Assembly (NCBI RefSeq): GCF_963676685.1
Contig: NC_092348.1
Coordinates: 31,186,001 to 31,250,000, forward strand
Reading direction: 5' to 3'
DNA length: 64,000 bases
DNA from: Mytilus edulis
Lineage: Eukaryota
In this document: piece after piece, positions 37,528-51,600 of the stretch
How the letters are laid out: every line of letters begins with the position of its first letter
Position numbering within the stretch: the first letter of the stretch is position 1
Made by a program: the position numbers and the translations under genes
The notes under the pieces: model-generated
The model's database searches: none
What the model saw: only the letters and a program-made list of their open reading frames with translations
Told to the model about the DNA's origin: nothing

Positions 37528-40500
37528 TTGTGATTGGAAGCAAAATGACAACACAAAGTTATCAAAAGAACTTTGACAAAAGGCTTTACTTTTTCCTGAA
37601 TAAATCAACAATGGCTTAAAAAAGTTGATGCTTAATTTCAAACTGAATAAAATATGTACGAACCAAAATTCCACCCAAAACTAACCCATATTTAACGACA
37701 AAAAATCCTTCAACTTTACTGAATTCATAAATTGTACTAATATGATCTGTTCTATTCTGCAAACATATTGTCTTAAAACCAGCGCTTCTTACTTTACACC
37801 AATTTGTGTCAACGTCAGATAACAATAAGGCATACAATTTGTTACTCAAATATTGCAGCATAATGATTCTTTATAAGAACTCTTCCAGTCGATATTCATA
37901 TTTGCTGATGTTGTTATATTGATATACAAGTGTAAAACGTTATATTTGATTTGTATGATAGGTAGCGACTGCAACCCCGATATTAGTGGGACAATCTTGT
38001 TTAAATTATATTTGTCTGTGTCATGTTTTAGTGATTGTTTGTCATTTTGCTCTGTGCTGTTTATATTGGCTGTTATTATTCCATATAGTTTGATTTAACC
38101 ACTTTCGTATATGTATATAATGTTTGTATAAGATGACATTTATTTCATAATGAAACGCCTCATTGGAAACGACTAAAAATAATAAAAACATCTGTAAAAT
38201 CTGTGTTGTTTGCTTTTTTCATCTGAAATTATTTCCCTGCATAACCAGAGTTATTGTAAGCGTTTATGCATGAAATCAAGGCATAAAAACGTTTATAGTT
38301 TGAACTTGTAAAGCTTTAAATTTGAAAGTTATACACTGTATGAATATTTTTATAATTACCTATAAAGATAATAAGCAAGAATTGTGACAATACAATTTAA
38401 CTGTCATGAGATAACACTACATCTCATATTAAGGCAAAAACAAAATAACTTACTTTTAGATCAAGAATTACTGCCATGATGTTGTTCCCGAAGCATAAAG
38501 GCAAACAATATAATATTATTCCAATATAATTTAGTTATAAAACACGTTAGGAGTCCAAATCTTTAGGTTTAGGTTTGAAACACATTGACTACTTTCCCCT
38601 TGACTCAAAATTTAAAACATCGTTTCCTTTTCGTATTGACCTTCTATTTTACAGCTAGTGTGTGTACACATGATATTCGATAATGATTCCTGTTGATACT
38701 TATTCGACAGATCATTTGATAAAACTAATTTCAAGAAATTACCGCATCAATTATATGGTATCCAAATTTTATCGTTCTGCTTTGCATTTATTTACAGTCC
38801 AAAAACATTAGAAGACATGGTATGTTAACTAATGAGACAATTTCTATTAATGAGAAACTAAATTATGTTTCAACAATAAGCGAAAACATGTGAAACATAC
38901 AGCAAATCAAAGACTAGTACTGTATTACAAACTCCTCTTTTTGGACAGACACATAAAGAATGTAAAATTATGTTTAAAAAAGAAGATGTGGTATGATTGC
39001 GATTAGACAAAAGACACTAAATGACACAGAAATTAAAAACTAAAGGTCATCAACAATATGCAAAGCCTATATCGCATAGTCAGCCTTGTCTATGTATAAA
39101 AAAACATATATGTAACACATTAACAAACGACAACCACTGAGTTACAGGCTCCAGACTTGGGACAGGCACATGAATACTAAATGTGGCGGGGTTAAACATC
39201 TTAGCGGGATGCCAACCCTCCCACTAACATGTCCAGTGTATAACAGTACAACATAAGAACGAACTATAAAAATCTCTTGAAAAAGTCTAACTTATCAGAT
39301 GGATAAAACTACAAATACTACAAATAAAAGTGGACGTGGCCGGGTACTTGTACATCCTAACAACAAAAGACACCAAGTGAAGATTTGAGATTACTCAAAG
39401 TTACTGACAGCTAGTTCAAAGCCATTAATAACTAAAAAAAAACTGCATATAAGACCAAATTATCAATCAGTACACATCCAACATTCAATCGGGATTTGGT
39501 GTTAAGACGTCATAAACAGTCGGAGAAAAACATGACCTTGTGCAATACCTAGGTACGTGTTGTTAACCCAAAGTTTTGTACGATCAGGGACCTTGCTCTA
39601 CATAAAGCAACTGTCATGTTGACCACTGCAATTCAAATCTAGCGAGTATTTGCAGTTACTAAAGTCGAGTTCAAACGTCCATTTCAACTTATAAATAAAT
39701 AATGTTTTCATATTTGAAAAGTGTGTATGTGTTGTTGTCCGGCCAGTTTTTTTTATCACTTGTCCATTTCAGTAATGATTAATGAATGCATAACCCATTA
39801 GGCGTTTGCTCTTCTTTCTATTAAGAATCCCTAAATGACATTGTTTCGTCGTATTAATTGTTCTCCCTAATTATTTACTTGTTTAATACCTTTGTTATGC
39901 AGACGTTTTACATCTTACAGATCGTTCCAGTCATAACCTGTACATCAAGTTAATTTGTTGACCAGATATTTCGGCAGGGGAAAATTACCTAGTAACGGTT
40001 TTGTTAACGGCTCCGGTCGGTCCTTAGACCAAAGCCAGGTAACCACGGAAACAATAATTGTATTTAACATTTTTTTAATGAAACACATGTAAAGCAAAAT
40101 GTGGTATGAAAAGTTCTAAACAATATGAGGGTCAAATACAGATAAGCATCCGTTCTCTTGTTGTTTTTATGCATGATTTATCACTTTGAAATGAACAAGG
40201 AGACACCACGTGAATTAAAAAACAATAGTATATAAAGAATATTCAATTGTTTTTTGTAGGAAAAAATATCATACAGGTAAGTAATTATACAGAGCAAATC
40301 AGAAGGAAAAGAAAATTGTAAAAGACGCGAGAAAGAAACTAATGAAAGCAATGCAAAATCAAAGAAAGAAAATGAAATGGATCGAAAAAGAAGGTAAAAA
40401 GACTAGAGAATGAAGAGAACGGAATAGATGTGATGAAAAAAATGATATGTTCGTCCTTATTGTGCTCTGATATTGTCTTGAAGTGTGAATGTATGAATTT

Positions 40501-42621
40501 TGCGTTTCTCTTAAAGAAATTATTTTTGTATTGTCCGCTTTAAATTTAATACCACTATCGTTATATCTATATACTCATTTATGTTTTTCTTTTCTTTTTC
40601 AAACAAATATGAAATCGTTATACATTTTTTATCATTTTATGTTCGCCTCCTTTACTTGAAACTCTCATAAACTCTCGAGAACATCACATCAAAAACATGT
40701 TCCAAGGGCGACGCATGTGCTTTTTCACGAAATTTAATACTTATAATACGCCATTATTTTTTTTATATTTGAGTAATTGGTGGGCGGTGCTGTGTGAGGG
40801 AAGAAAATAACATACTTCACTCGGTGACTTTTCTATGCTTTCGAGAAGTATAAGAGCATTAAAAGTGAGCGAGTACAGTCATTTATCTTACATTTTTGTT
40901 AAATTTACAAGGGACAGGTTAAGCTTGCTATAAAACCATGTTTAATCCACCATTCACTTCATTAAACAATGCCCGCAGTTAATATCCATTTGTTTGATGT
41001 GTTTGACATTTTGATTTTGACATTTGTTTAGAGACTTTCCGTTTTGAATATTCCTCGAATTTATTATTTTTGTTATTTTCTTCTTTTTTTTTGGTGAATA
41101 AAGGCAACAGTAGTATACCGCTGTACGAAATTCATAAATGGATTAAGAAAAAAACAAATCCGGGTTACAAACTAAAACTCAAAGTATGAAAGTGTTCATG
41201 TTTCTGTTTTACATGTACTATTCTTGAAAAAGAAGAAAAGACTTCATATGTTCAACAACAAAATCAATTAAAGATGTTATAACTATGTAACACTGCCTTG
41301 GTGATAGTACAATAATATAGGTATAATGAGTCCTCCCTCATTTGTCTTCTGTTCCCAGAAGTTAATCATCATCATTTACGCAATCATTTATCAATTTAGG
41401 AAATCTTGGAAAATAAACTGAACTCACCAATAATTTTGATATATATTTATTATTTAAAACATCAATATTTCATTATGACAAACAATAATACACGTACAAA
41501 GGATAATCAACATCTGTCCTACATGATTTCAAAGATAAAGCAGTTCAGACGCTTTTGTACATATTCTACTGTTTTACAATGGAAATAGGTGACTTAGGGG
41601 TATCCAGCTCAGACTTCTAAGCAAGTTTCAGACATACACTAGTATCAGTTTGAACAAACTTATTTGCTAGATACCTCACTTTTATAAATGCCTTGAAGAA
41701 CATTAATACAAGGTAATATTTAAAAACAAGTGACATGCTCAAAAGGGTATATATGAAGTTGGAAATTGAAACGGCGACAAGAGACAGAGACACAAAAATC
41801 CGAACAAAAAGCAGAAAACTGCCGAAAGTCACCATTGAATCTTCGACACAGCGAGAAAACCCTGAGGCTGATTTGAGCTGGCCTTTATATAAAAGTACGT
41901 AATAGTTCAGCGAAAACGGACGTCACATTTAACTCCGAAAATATATATGAATTAAAATCATAAAAGCATACAAGACACAAAGGTCAGAGATACCGGACTT
42001 GCGATTGCGCAAAATATGCAACAGGGTTAGATCTTGCTTCAAAAATATGCTACGCAAAAATAGATATATTATAATAAAAACGATGTCATACTAAAAAGTG
42101 CACACATGACTTGAAGGACATAGTTACGGGATAATATTTAAAATAACATGCTAAAAGGGACAATTATACCTTGAGGAAAATATATATGAGATGATATAAA
42201 CAATGACATGAAAAAAATGACAAAGATATCTAGCAAATACTTAGACAATATTTACCAAAATAATTATTTTTATTAGAATTTATCAAAAATAAAACATAAA
42301 AATATCATCTTTAAAGCTAGTCCTACAAAACCGTTATCTTCCTCCAAAACAACGTCAAATATTGAAGCAAAAGGGGATTGTTGAGGGGATTGTCCTCCGC
42401 GATTATGAATAATGAATATAGGTAAAATGGAATTGAATAAACTCATGTTCTAAAATTAAAACATTATGATAATATTATATTTTTAAGATGTTACATTGAA
42501 TTTAGTGAAAAATCGATGTTCAGTCGAAGATTGCACATTGTGATCAAATGTTTTTCACATAATGTTTTATTAAAAAAAAATCAGTTTTATGCTTCAGCAG
42601 AGTAAAATTGGTATGCAGATG

Positions 42622-42689
42622 TTAATCATCAGGCTCATACGGGCTAGGCACTATCTCACATAGCAACTGAAAAAATTCTGTAACTTTTG
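42622..42689 (-). CDS. SLC7 last coding exon ([22 protein letters not shown])
   Basis: 68 nt after tttatttcag, in phase, ends TAA. Confidence 0.88.
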
Positions 42690-45600
42690 CTGAAATAAAA
42701 CATAAATATTTTATCAACATTGGGATACATTTTTAATTCATGTCTGTTTTTAATTTGTTTGTTTTATGCAAAACATATATTATACCAACAATAAATCAAA
42801 CATTGTTTTCAAGCCATTTTTACATCAAAATCATTCTTAGTCAAAATTAAAAGAATTTTTCTTGTAAACAAAACAAATAAGGACATGTATACATATGACA
42901 TCATACCAATTGCTCCTGTCAAATTAGTTTTTAATGCTTTTCAATTTTATAATAGGTTTGAAATTCAATTTGAGTGTCACTGAAAAACAAATCTTATAGT
43001 AGCACGTGTCGTTTGCAAAATCACATGCATGTACATTTTAGTGTAGGTAAGATATATTACTTTTGTGGAAGCAATACATCGTTTTTGGTTATGTTGCATT
43101 GATTGCAGATTCTTGCTTTTATCTGTTAAATTTGTTCGCAAATATTATCGACTTGAGCCAAGTTACAACTTATTTTATGCACATTGCGTCGTTAGGTTTC
43201 AATGTTATATTTAACTTTGCCATTAAAGTGCGAGGTTTGGCATGCCACAAAACCAGGTTCAACCCACCACTTTTATTCCCCTTTAAAAGTGTCCTGTACC
43301 AAGTCAGGAAGATGGCCATTGTTATATTATTGTTCGTTTCTGTGTGTGTTGCATTTTAACGTTGAGTCGTTTGTGTTTTCTCTTATTTTTGAGATATTGA
43401 GATCAGACGTGACACGGTACTTGTCTAACCCAAATTCATGTATTTAGTTTTCTTGTTATATTTGTTATTCTCGTGGTGTTTTGTCTGATGCTTGGTCCGT
43501 TTCTGTGTGTGTTACGTTTCGGTGTTATGTCGTTGTTCTCCTCTTATATTTAATGCGTTTCCCTCGGTTTTAGTTTGTTACCCCGATTTTGTTTTTTGTC
43601 CCTGGATTTATGAGTTTTGAACAGCGGTATACTACTGTTGCCTTTATTTCTGTCTTATTCACTTTTACAACGCACATTCTTTTATGGTTTATCTTTGATT
43701 GAATGTCTTTCAAAAGAAAGTCAATTACAGATAAATTTGTATATTACACAGAAAATTCTCAGACATTTTTCATACTTACCAAATATTCTCAGTTCTATTT
43801 TGAAGAACACAAAAGGAATATAAAACAAAAGTCCACCAATAACAAAGAGAAAGGCGTACAGGAATTCAATCTTTGGATCTTGAACAATTGGTCCAATAAC
43901 CAAGTAACAAGCGATTAACACAAATACTATAGGTATTATAATCGGTATCTGAAAAATGATTGTAAAAAGAAAATCAGTTGAAGTCAAAATGCTTTTTTAT
44001 TGTGGTTGGAATTTTTATGGGTATATCAAAATTATAACATGTTTCGTTCTTTTTTTTCAAATTTAATAATACAGTATTTATGATTTATGTAAGAACCCAG
44101 GAACAAGCGATTATTGATGACGATTTTTTTTCCTAAATCTTCACTCTTCAAATTAGAATTAAAATATGGTGGTTTTCAGTTGTTTATAAACAACTAAATG
44201 CAAAACAAATTATTAAAATTAAAAATTATTGCACTAACCTTTAAAGGTCTTTCTAAATCCTTTCTTGTAAATCTTAATAGTATAAGAGAACCAACCGTAA
44301 GACCGTAGAACAGCCATGCTGTAAAACTGAAGAAGTCAATCAAGCTTCCTATATTTCCTGGTATCACCATGGCGATGCTAATTAAAGCCTGTAAGTACAA
44401 ACAAGTACTTAAATATATCAACACAGATCTTTTCTTTTTTTGTTGTTATACTTTGGAATGTGTATTTGGATACTGTAATTTGCATTTACAAAAAGTTGTC
44501 GGAAAATTTAAACTCTTTTTATCCATTTGATTTCAGGTTTAAACCTTGTAAAATTTCCATGATGTTAACTCTGAAAAGAAAACGTTTGGTAAACGTAATG
44601 GTGACAGTATTCAAACCAGAAAATGTCCCTCTGTATGTTATAGCAAATGTTGATATCGGTATGAGTGTCAGTTATTTCTGTTAGTACCGTAGAGGGTTAA
44701 ATGAAATGGATATCCCGAGTTTTTTAAGGTCTTTTAAGTTCTTAGCGAAAAGGATGGTCTATTGTTTATGATAACTAAGATGTAAACGAGTTGTTATGTC
44801 AACAGCAATGACACAGCATCCAAACATTAAAAGTTCATTAAAAGAAGACTAATACTTGTTTTATATGCATAGGAACTTGGTGTACAAGTGAGAGGTTTAG
44901 CTAGCTATAAAACAATGCTTAAGCCACTATTTCCTACAGAAGAAAAATGATGAACCAAGTCATTCGATAGATGTGTTTAAGCCTAATATGATTTTGTCAT
45001 ATTATAAAGGACTTTTCGTTTTAAATTCCCTTGGAGTACGGTATTTTTGTTATTTTACTTTTTTTGTATGATGGGAATTAAACTGTAATTATGTCTTTAT
45101 AACTAGATGTCTTTTTATCTCATTGACATATTCTCTATTTCCCTTTTTTATTCATATGTAAATAAAATATATAAAGATGCATAATGCCTACCAACTACCA
45201 GAAATTCCTAGAATGGGGAAATGATTCTACATACTTAATAGTCTTTGAATACAATCTACTAACTGTAAAAACAATGGATGGCATTGGTGTGACCCGTTTA
45301 CAATGTACATACGACAAAACTTCTGGTAAATGCCCTTCTCGACTGGCTACGTACACAACTCTGTAACAAAGTAATATTTTTGTAGTGAAAACATATGTTA
45401 AGGTTGTAAGAATAATTATTATGTATGTCAAATACTGAAGTCAAGCATAAATTGTAATTATTAAATATTCTGTCATTTTATCTAAACTGTGATATGTAAA
45501 GAGAAACAAAACAATCCTTGTAGAAAAGTTTCTGAAATGAAATTTAATTAATCTTCTTTTTTTTTCGTTTGGTAAACAATTAATAAAAAAAATAAAGCAT

Positions 45601-48600
45601 GTTGTGTCATCAGCGAAAGTTTGACATAATTATGAAAAATAGCTATTCTTGTATTGTAAACAAAATAAGTATCCTTTTCCATATTTCATGTTAACAATAA
45701 CAATAAACACATGGTATTATCGCTATTGTTACAGATGAAAATGAAATAGACATTGCTTTCGAAGCACTTTTTTTATTTACAATCATACGGAACGCTCAAA
45801 CAAAGATATTTAAAAGCGAGAGGAAGTTAATACGCTGACTTGTAAGAAGCTTTATGATAAAAAAAAAAGGAAAAAAAAGAACCTTAACAAAAGAGGGAGG
45901 AAAGATACCAAAGGGACAGTCAAACTCATAAATCTAAAACAAACTGACAACGCCATGGCTAAAATGAAAAAGACTAACAGAAAAACAATAGTACACATGA
46001 CACAACATAGAAAACTAAAGAATAAACAACACTAACCCCACCAAAAACTAGGAGTGATCTCGGGTGCTCCGGAAGGGTAAGCAGATCCTGCTCCACATGT
46101 GGCACCCGTCGTGTTGCTTATGTGATTACAAATCCGGTAAATAGACTAATTCGGTAGGTCACATTCATGAAAGGGAAGGGGATTGTAGTTACGACGTAAG
46201 AAACATATCCGATATCATTTGTGAAACGGTTATTCCATAACGGTCAACCAACTCGTGATGGCGTCCGATTAGCCACATTAATAACAGGTATATACCCTTA
46301 CAGATACTAGTATAATTTTTATAACCACCTTTTAAACTCCATCTGTATTCACCTTGTTTTAACATCTTAAACAACGGAAATAGAATATCCTTTAAACACC
46401 ATATTCAATCTGCAAATGTTTCTAACAATGGGTCGATGCATCTACTGGTGGACTGTTCATTCCTGGCATGAACACACGGATGTTGTTATCAAATTTTTAA
46501 AAATGTGTAGTCAGTAGTAAGCACTTCTGTGTTGACTTGCGTTATCATTGATATGTTCATAATTATAAATTAACTGTTAACAAAACTTTGAACTTTTTAA
46601 ATACTATGTTTTTTTGACCTCAGAAATAGATTACCTTTTGCTATATTTGGCAAAAGTTTTAGGAATTTGTTGTCTTCTGTGCTCTTAACTTCGTACTTTA
46701 TTTGGTTTTTTAACATTTTTTTATTCGAACTTCACTGTTGAGTCTTTTGTAGACGAAATGCGCGTCTGTCGTAAAAAAATAAATTAATCCTGGTATATAT
46801 GATGAGTTTATGTTTATAAAGGAATCTTTCATGTGCAAAACTAGTATTCCTTGCGTGGATTTGGCTTTACGTTTTTGTCCTTTTCGTTTATCATATTTTT
46901 ATGATTTGTAATTGCTAATATTTGACCTAAGCCATTAGTGAAGAGATGCTGTTTTAACGAAATGCTCATCGGATGAAGACAAATTGATACCGTTATTGTT
47001 ATGTTAAAAGAGGGACGAACGATACCAAAGGGACAGTCAAACTCAAAAATCTAAAATATATATATGTTACATATACTGTTAATATCTTGGTATATATTAC
47101 CTTCCTCCACTCAATAGGGTATCATCGGATGAAGACAGATTGATACCGTTATTATTATGTTACATATAATGTTAATATCTTGGTATATATTACCTTCCTC
47201 CACTGAATAGGGTACCATCGGATAAAGACAAATTGATACCGTTATTGTTATGTTACATATAATGTTAATATCTTGGTATATATTACCTTCCTCCACTGAA
47301 TAGGGTACCATCGGATGAAGACAAATTGATACCGTTATTGTTATGTTACATATAATGTTAATATGTTGGTATATATTACCTTCCTCCACTGAATAGGGTA
47401 CCGTTATTGTTATGTTACATATAATGTTAATATCTTGGTATATATTACCTTCCTCCACTGAATAGGGTACCATTAGCAGCACCAAAGGTAGAAAATAAAA
47501 CAGCTAAGGGCATGAGAATAGCTGCTCCCCCTAAAACTCTGTCTCCCCATGTCTGTAATAAATACACATATCTTTTGAGTCGTTCAAAGCAGCAGTTTTA
47601 TTTACACATATTGACAGTAAAGTGATCGTGGGTAAACAGTTTTATATTTATACGAAACAAGAACAAATGTATGCTTATTAAAATGTCGTAATTGATTTTA
47701 ATTTGTAATTCTCAAATTCATTTTAATGTAAATACCTTTCAAATACGCCATGCGCAGTACAATTGGCCTGAATTTGAAGTCGGTCACTGCAAAGAAAAAG
47801 AGGCATCTCTGTTTGTTTAATAACGGTATATTATTTGCGGGTTGTCTGTAGTTGTACACGTGCTTACGTGGAACAATCATATAAGTTGTGTCAACACACA
47901 TCGGGTGCAATGAGGTTTGGACATTCTTACTCATCGACGAAAAAGTGGCAATGCTCGGGAATAACACTGCACATACCGAGTATGAAACGCACAGCTTTGC
48001 AGATGATTCAGAAAACGAAAAACGCATACTAATTAATTTAATATTCTAGTATGCATGGCTAAATGCATTCATTTTGTTGGTGGATATTAATGGGTTGTTA
48101 AAACTTAAAGGTACACTTTAAAAGCCACTACATTTTTAAACAATAAAATGTTTAATACCGGTACCTTATTTCTAAATATTCATTGACCTCATAAGACCAA
48201 TAAAATATGTAATGCTGTTATTAGCTGTAGAAATATAAAAAATGTTGAACCATATAATAAAACAATATAAATTATGTAACCATTATGCATAATGTATGGG
48301 TCAATTAACTTCTCATACTTTTATAAATGAGACAAATAAATAACGAGGTACAATCTGCTTTAAACAAAAATGTACGAAATATGTAATACTTTCTCGAAAA
48401 GACCACACACAACCAAGAAAAAACAACAACCTTGATATGGTTAAATGAAATTAGGGGACACTGCAGTTTATTTAATCCAAATGTTTTCAGTACTACCTCA
48501 CATCTTAATTCTTATTTAAAAGTAATATTGCACAAAACTCATACAATACGTAATTTAGTCAAGAGGAAATACAGATGAATTTGATGCTAATTTGACATAA

Positions 48601-51600
48601 TTCTTTCAAAAGATAGTAAGAAAGATATATAGAGGTTAACACAGGTTGTTCAAAAATGCAACAGATAATATTCCTGTTGTCAAGCAATTTACCGACCCGA
48701 GTTTCTAAAGTTTTGAATGAAATTAGCAGGTATTATAAACAAACTTTAATAAACTGGAACTTCTTAAAGGAACAAACTCAACAATATGCATTGTGTTGCT
48801 AAAGACAATAAATGATGCGGTTCCTGCATGACTTAGGACAGGAACATGAACAGGAGAAAACTAGTTTTCTAGTATCAAAGCCTCCTGCGTTTTATCTTGA
48901 TAAGTGAAATAACATTGCTAACTCTAATATAGTATGAGATCTTACGACTGCTACTGCGTCAACAGAGAGTAATTCTGCCGCTGTCATTGCTGTTAAATAG
49001 GATATGTTGGTCAATATATACACAACAGTAACAAGAAGTACTGCTAAAATGTTTGCTCTCGGAAGGTTTCTGAAATAGAGGTATATGTACAATGCATTAT
49101 CTTTTATTTTCGTACAGAAACAAAGAATTGCATCAATGTCTTCTAAATGTTATGGTTTTTTTTCACAAAGTAACATAGTCATTTTATCTAATAAGTGTTT
49201 GATCTTCTTTTGGATGTTTTAATTACGAATATCATCTAAGCGGTTAATACATTAAGCAAAATTTACGAAGCATGTATTTCGTCGAATTTCAATTTTTAAA
49301 TAAAAAATTTAAAAAATGTCAGTGTGAATATTTGTGTGTGGATTTTTTATTCTACGTACACTGAACAGAATTACGTGCATAGTGGTTTTTTTTAAATGTT
49401 TGTATTGAAATACAGTTACATAGAAATTTAAAATAAAACACACTTACTTTTTAGGGTCTTCTATTTCCTCTGTGACATAATTTAAGTTATTCCTGAAATT
49501 ACAACAGCGTATGAAAAGCAATTAAAAAATTTGAAGTTGTTGTTAAAGAGTTAATGACCCTCACGACCTGTTTTCCAATTTATAACAATTAGCATATACT
49601 TCGGCTTATGGGCTATTTTTATGTCATAAGTTATCACTAATCCAGAAGCTCAGTTCCTTTTATAAATAGCATGATAATGCAGATGCTGTTTTGTTATCAT
49701 TTGCTGTTGATTATCTTAAGAATATCGTTTGAACTTTATCAACTTGTCTCCCTCGTGCATAGTTCTGGTTCATTCTCCGAATTTCGCGATTGTTCGCACT
49801 TGTTCACACAGTCCAGCTCTTCTTTTTATTAGCTTTCAGTTTTCAAATATTTTGAATTCAAGATTCATTGAAGTGACACTGATTATCGAAATGCGAATTT
49901 GGTGCCGTAAATCGAAATCATAATTGTATGTGATTTTATATGCATGAAGACTATAAAATGTAAAGTTTGTTTGAAAGAAAGACAAGCTTAAATATCAGTG
50001 TTTCAATTATAGAATAAGAATATTTAAAATTACTCAGCATCTTGTCAGAAAATGTGTTTATGTTAAGCGAGATAACTCAAACTCTACACCTGTCTAATTC
50101 TCTGTTGTTTTTCAACAGATTTTTGCTATATCCATATTGCGCCTTTTATGGTTAGGTGAATAACAGCTAGAAAATTCATTATGTGGTGTGAAAGTACAAA
50201 AGAGGGACGAAAGATATCAGAGGGACAGTCAAACTCATAAATCGAAAATAAACTGACAACGCCATGGCTAAAAATGAAAAAGACAAACAGACAAACAATA
50301 GTACACATGACAAAACATAGAAAACTAAAGAATAAGCAACACGAACACCACAAAAAACTAGGGGTGATCTCAGGTGCTCCGGAAGTGTAAGCAGAATGCA
50401 AAATGCTACCATATTTAAAAAATTAAAATAGACAGAGCTGTACATAATTTATTTTCACCGGGGGGAAACGATCAGAAAAATATATTCCTTACATTATAGC
50501 AATTTATAGAATGACTAAATTAGACGAGATAAAAGTAACAGTAACTTAAAGCAAACTCGGAGTACTTTATTCAAATGTGAATGTATACACTCCTTCCCCC
50601 GCGCTGTATTTCTAAATAGATGTTATACCATTATATTAATTCATCATCTGATACAGGAAGATCATGATCTTGTTTTATCTCCTTATATCCAATGTCCAAT
50701 GCCTTTTCAGAGGTGTTTTATTTTGAAAAAGCACCTCCAGACGTTTAACTTACCATCCGTCGTATGCCCACAATGCATTGTAAAAGGCCAGGGCTATTGA
50801 TGACGGGTTCGTCTCACTTCCTTTGAAAGAGTCTTCAAATTGTGAAACATGACCTGAAAAGTATAACATAAACTAAATGTTTATAAAACTTTAAATATTG
50901 CAAAGTACGGATGATTTTCCACACCGGGAATAGATTAACTACGTTGCATTTTTTTTTTAAATCTTTCGGCATTTAGGTCTGTAATGCTTTTCAGCTTCGT
51001 ACTTTATTTGGGCTTTTTTAAATTCTTGGATACGAACGTCATAAAGTTTTTATTATTGATATCAATGATAATAAAATTAAGAATGACAACAGGGAGTGTT
51101 TCAAAGAAGCAACAACCCGGCGACCTTAAAAGAAAGCAGCCGAAGGTCAACAATGGGTCATCAACATGCTGGTATTTTGTATCGTTCAGTTGTTATACAT
51201 GTTGACGTACAAATCACAAGTTAAGAAAAATGTATCTTTGGTGCTTGTATGAAAGAGAATGTCTAACGACAATGTGCTCAGTTTAAGATATGGCGGAAAT
51301 TAAAGTACACAAGAGTAGATGTCCGACTCCAAAACGTTTTCATCAACTTTATTCTTCAGTATAACTACTGTTAACCTCAACAACAGCGGCAAAAGCAATA
51401 CAATAGCTAAAGATTTAAAGTACAATACATAGATTCTTGTTTTTCCTATAGATTATACTGTTGGTTTTACACTAGTCCTTTTTTAGGTTGATAGCTTCCG
51501 GGAGGCAAGGCTCCGTATTGAATGCCGTTCTTTGACCCATTATAATGGTTTACTTTTTATTAATTGTGACTTCGGCGAAGAGTTGTCTCATTGGCACACA

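Noticed and set aside
47111-47485. 124-aa repetitive ORF ([12 protein letters not shown])
   Set aside because: A different frame of the 93/69-bp tandem repeat; the SLC7 frame stops at the first donor
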